Assembly (NCBI GenBank): GCA_904063045.1
Contig: CAJFCJ010000006.1
Location: forward strand, 1,527,601 to 1,591,600
Direction of reading: 5' to 3'
DNA length: 64,000 bases
Source of the DNA: Dimorphilus gyrociliatus
Lineage: Eukaryota > Animalia > Annelida
Position numbers and translations under genes: made by a program
Part shown: positions 59,682 through 64,000 of the stretch, one piece after another
Numbering within the stretch: the first letter of the stretch is position 1
Layout: each line of letters opens with the position of its first letter
Notes under the pieces: generated by a model
Told to the model about the DNA's origin: nothing
The model's input: the letters and a program-made list of their open reading frames with translations, nothing else
Database searches by the model: none

Positions 59682-61287
59682 TTAAATATAGTTTGTCAAT
59701 GGTTCGTAAATAATCATTTTCTTCAAAAGTTCTGGAAGAACGAGTTCTTTGACGGATTCTGTCAAAGGACACTTTAGTATCTTCCTTATACTATTCAAAG
59801 TGATATTTCTCAGAGGTCTACAAATAGATGCTTCTCGTAGAAGAATATCTATTATTTCTTTTTTCATTTTCTTCGATCTTTTTATGGCTGCTGTTTCAAA
59901 AGTATCTGCAACATTCAAAAGAAAACAGAAAATATCTGGATCATTTTCCAACTTATGCAATTGATTCAAGAGACCATCAACAGTTTTTGGCTTCAAGTAT
60001 CTTGTGGGAAGAGAAATTTTAACGCTTGCGCCGTATTGAACCAAAGTATGGATAACTTGCAAGTCGTATTCGTTTTGATAAGTAAGATATTCTAAAAGAG
60101 GAGTAAAACTTGGTAAAAAGTATTTATATTTTTTGCCCGAAATTCTTGGATCAGCACCCATACTTAGAAGAGTCTTTATCAATCTGCGAAACTGCAAATG
60201 TGTATATGATGGTTGGGCAACAGCTGATAAGGAACCACACTGTTTTACTTAGCAATTCTCATTTATATAAAAAGCGTAATTAAATGAATAGAGTTGATTT
60301 GTTTTTGTGTTTTAAATGAATAAAGAGTAGAAACAGTTTGGTTCCTAATTGTAAAGGCGTCACTCCTTCAGCGTTAAAAGCGTTTAAGTCCAAATTTTTT
60401 TGTAGTAAAATATCGACAATATCTAACTTTGTTCTCGTTATTGCAAGATCTAAAGCTGTAACATCACTTAAATTAGATTGAATTTTAGCACCTGTTTCCA
60501 GTAATTTCTCCACAAGTTTTGTATTACCACAAATAATAGCACAGTGGAGAGCCGTAAAATTACTTATGCTCTCAACTGCATTAACATTCACCTCTGGTCT
60601 GTTGATGAGTATTTCAACAGCGTCCATACAATTCTCCAAACAAGCTTTTATTCCATAATGAAGAAAAAGAATAAATTAGATGTAGGTCACTCAAAGATAA
60701 AGAACGTCAAGCTATGTATAGTATGATTTACCTTTAATAATCAATGGTTGACCAGATCGATTACAAGTATTAGGGTCTGCTCCATATTCCAAAAGCAATT
60801 GTAAACATTCAGTAAATTTTAATGGAAATCTATGGATTTCTGGAGCTAGAAAGTGAGGAATATTCGGATCAGCTCCATTTTTCAATAGTATCTTAACAAT
60901 TTCAACTCGATTGTTTTGCAATGCCAAATTTAAGGGCGTTGTTAAATACGCAGCACTTTTTAAGAGGTTTGCGTCAGGACCATTAACAAGAGCTCCATTG
61001 CGCAATAATAACTCGGTTATCTCCAAATAACCCTCTTTACACGCTATATGTAAAACAGTAAAGCCTGTGTCGTCTTTAACATTTATATCGGCACCTTTTC
61101 TTAAAAGTAATGATGTCACTTCCAAATTGTTAGCATATACTGCGTAGAATAGCGGAAAGAAACCTTTCGCATTGCGCCTATTTATGGACTCCTTGGATAG
61201 ACTATTAATAACTATTTCTGCTTCTTTAGCATCTCCACTAATCTTAAGATATTCGTTCAAAAGACTAAGATCTTCATCATCGTCCAT
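59682..61287 (-). CDS. Ankyrin repeat and SOCS box protein (ASB family), about 465 aa
   Basis: Multiple ankyrin repeats (G.T.LH.A...G..E....LL..GA..N) in 60732-61287 and about 60345-60644; C-terminal SOCS box RPLRNITLNSIRKIL...LPELLKKMI. The second splice junction is ambiguous (see findings). Confidence 0.88.
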
Positions 61288-61979
61288 TTTCTTTTAAAAG
61301 CTAACAAGAAAATTTTCCCCAAAATATAACTGGTACTGCTTCCGATGTACGCAAATATATATAGGTTGAGCTTAGGCCTATTAAGTTACCATCTAGGGTT
61401 TTTTGCTTACAAACATCACATGCACTCAATCCCGCTTGGTGCATCAAACTCACTCCGTTTGATGGTTTACTCTACAAGTATTATAGATGTCGCTATTGCT
61501 TCATGGAATAATATGTATCCAATAACAGTTTGAGATAAATAGTTTAAAAATCATTCATTCGTATAAGGTAAATAATAGGTTGTACAAATATATATTGAAT
61601 AGTTTAACTTCTATTAATAGGTCTATTACCATATTTTATAATTATTGCTTCCAATTTAATTGAGCACAAAGTTCTTTTCTTTAAAAGAGTAATTAGTATA
61701 TCAACATATCAATTATGATACTAAAGTTTCATACCCAAGTAGGTTTTGTCCTGTTTCTTTAAACAAACAAACAAACAAGCATTATATAAGCTTTTCTAAA
61801 TCCAGACATTTAAGCCTTTTTATCACCTATATTAAGGAGACTAATGTATGATACTTTATATAAATTTATGCCTAATCTTTCAATTGAAAAGTCTATCATT
61901 ATAAAGAATACTCAACTCTATGATATTAGATATATAGTATATACTAATATCTTGGACCTTTCTTCATTTTAGGTCATTG

Positions 61980-63254
61980 AAATGATTTTGGTAAGGATAC
62001 GCCGACTAACGAAGAATTTCTACAAGTACAATGCTACAAGAAACGCTTTTCTCATTTGGCTTATCAAAGTTTTTATGCTCAAATTGTTCGGAAGGAGAGT
62101 AAGCGACCGTAAGTTATTAGTAAATTCAAATACAACTTTCTTCTAGATGGTATTGATTCAACGTCTTTTAATTCTTTGAAGCGCAATCTACCGAAAACTC
62201 TTAACTATCTTCAAACTAAGGCAAATGCCATCTCTATGAAGGGCTTTGTAAAAGTTTTGCTGGGTATACTTTAGGAAATTTAGGTTTAATGTGGTGTGGA
62301 CAGCAGGCAAAAGACTGTTTGAACAAAGAACTAGATTTTTCCACTATAAGATGGGCTTGGGACGATTTTCGAGAAAATCATTATAGGACACTCTTTGCTG
62401 AAGATTGTGTTGGGCTCAGCATGTATTGAAGATTTAAAGGTTTTCGAAATCAACCAATGGATTATTGGATGCTGTCCCTTTCGTACGACCGCCGAGACAA
62501 ACCCGATTAATGAATATGGCCAGAATTATCCAGGATAAAGGACAAATGTTTCAGCTATCTTAGATTGGTTAGCTGAATTTTTTCTATAAAAAGGATAGAT
62601 ACCCTGCTCAAATCCACTAAAACTAACAAAGTCCATAATTCTAGGGGCGGATGATCGTCTTATGGGGATGAATGCTTGACTTTCAATCGTTAATTCTTGG
62701 AAAGGTATCTAAATAATACATTTATTTTTTCAACGGAGATCATAGTCTAAGACACGGAGAGTTTAGAGCAACCTACATCGGAAGAATTGAAAAATATTTA
62801 CCATTTCTCTTGGTAATAGCACCAAGATATTTCATAAAATCCTATCCTCATTTATTAACAATCTTCGATGTTTACCAAGCTCTATATATTAACGACTCGT
62901 CCATTTATATGAATATTATGAAAAATCAGATAGGACAATCTGTTTGTATCGGATATCGAAGGATAGAAATTCGATATAAAATCATTATGTGACGAGTTAA
63001 GATTATATAAAGTTTACGACGCTTTTATATATTGAAGGAATGAAATTATTGAAAAGATTCATATTGATATTCGGCTGAGAATGGTTCCGGCGAGGAAGAA
63101 AGCGAATATTGGTATGATAGAGGCAACTATTGGATATACTGAAGATACAAAAGTTTTTTCTCTATTGGAACAAATTAATCGAATAGACGCTTTTAAAGAT
63201 TTATCGTATTATGTTGGAAAAAGGATTTTAAACAATATTTGTTACTGTCTATAA
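61980..63254 (+). pseudogene. DUF229-family (alkaline-phosphatase/sulfatase-like) pseudogene
   Basis: Fragments across frames: NFLLDGIDSTSFNSLKRNLPKTLNYL, FAGYTLGNL, WAWDDFRENHYRTLFAED, FKGFRNQPMDYW, GDHSLRHGEFRATYIGRIEKYLP, FDVYQAL, IEATIG...INRI...CYC; several in-frame stops and at least one frameshift (about 62250). Family assignment from remembered motifs. Confidence 0.75.
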
Positions 63255-64000
63255 ATTAACTTATTTAATAGACGCTTTTTTAGATAAATGAAATTTGAAC
63301 AGAAAGAATCATCTTTCTCTGATAGTATTCTATCATCTTCAGGCCTATAGTCTTTTGACAGTACATTCCCTATCCCTAAGATTTTAACAATGGATGCTCT
63401 AGGACCATTTTGTTTTGTGTATACTTCTTTTGTTTCTAACCATGTTCTATCGAGATTGTTTGTTATAGTATATAATGTTTGATAATCGTCTAGAACTGAA
63501 GATGACTCTAGACAAGATATTATGTCTTCTAGGCCCAATTTCAGTGCATTGTTTACACTACGAACAATTCTACCCAAGGACTTTCTGTCAACATTAAACA
63601 AGTTAGGATGTGTTGCTGTCAAAGCCTTTGTATCTGTTTGGAAGGAACCGTACAAAGTTGCTCTTGAGAAGTTCGTCAATACTGGGCATGTCCAACCTTC
63701 GCCATCGACGTAGGTGGTAACTATAGAGTTCATGCTAATATTATTGACGATTATCGACTTCCTATGACATTTTTGAATGAGTTTAAACAAATCTGCTAGT
63801 AGTTTCATCCATCTCCAGTTTGGCATCAGTTTCTTTTTCGGTCTATGTTCTCTATTGTATGTTTCATGTATTAAGAGACGATGGAGAGTAGCAATTTCGA
63901 ATGATCGCGAATCCCCAATTAATAATGTAACAAGAGCTACAGGAAGGAAATGACTATTTGTCATCAAATTAACAAGACCGAATGAAGACGGAGCAATATT
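63242..64000 (-). CDS. Protein-kinase-fold (likely pseudokinase) ORF, 3' part; frame stays open to the window edge
   Basis: CHRKSIIVNNISMNSIV (VIb-like), PVLTNFSRA (VII-like), THPN (VIII-like), DRKSLGRIV (IX-like) in the correct order and spacing. Confidence 0.55.
   Translation of the reverse strand, partial: NIAPSSFGLVNLMTNSHFLPVALVTLLIGDSRSFEIATLHRLLIHETYNREHRPKKKLMPNWRWMKLLADLFKLIQKCHRKSIIVNNISMNSIVTTYVDGEGWTCPVLTNFSRATLYGSFQTDTKALTATHPNLFNVDRKSLGRIVRSVNNALKLGLEDIISCLESSSVLDDYQTLYTITNNLDRTWLETKEVYTKQNGPRASIVKILGIGNVLSKDYRPEDDRILSEKDDSFCSNFIYLKKRLLNKLIYRQ

Noticed and set aside
61900-64000. Possible Polinton/viral insertion (convergent intron-poor ORFs)
   Set aside because: Left part is DUF229-like and right part kinase-like; no polymerase, integrase, capsid or TIR seen.
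1-64000. rRNA, tRNA, CRISPR arrays, intact transposons
   Set aside because: None recognised by eye; tRNAscan-SE, Infernal and RepeatModeler runs would be needed to exclude them formally.

Overview
Eukaryotic (metazoan) genomic DNA: AT-rich and gene-dense, with many very short GT-AG introns (about 47-80 nt). It looks like a compact invertebrate genome; a spiralian/annelid such as Dimorphilus is my unverified guess. Gene order: partial secreted LRR gene (-, runs off left edge); filamin (-, CH1-CH2 plus 22 Ig repeats, about 2406 aa); SLMAP (-); DENND6 (+); divergent tetraspanin (-); acidic orphan (+); about 5.5 kb of decayed/non-coding DNA; orphan with a poly-Lys tail (+); class A GPCR (-); FTSJ1/Trm7 (-, nine short exons, not resolved by the ORF track); eIF4G (+); ankyrin-SOCS box gene (-); DUF229-like pseudogene (+); partial pseudokinase-like ORF (-, runs off right edge). 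No rRNA, tRNA, CRISPR or intact transposon was recognised. Exon structures were assembled by hand from splice signals, frame continuity and remembered homolog sequences; summed exon lengths were frame-checked. The most striking signal is a hidden layer of frame-preserving micro/cassette exons: five phase-1 microexons in one filamin intron, others in the filamin CH linker and hinge 1, a candidate 24-nt eIF4G microexon at a position resembling the vertebrate neural eIF4G microexon, two alternative SLMAP tail anchors and three in-frame eIF4G first exons. A recurrent ATAC(A/T)GTAT motif matches Tc1/mariner excision footprints. All splice-variant calls are predictions without transcript data.
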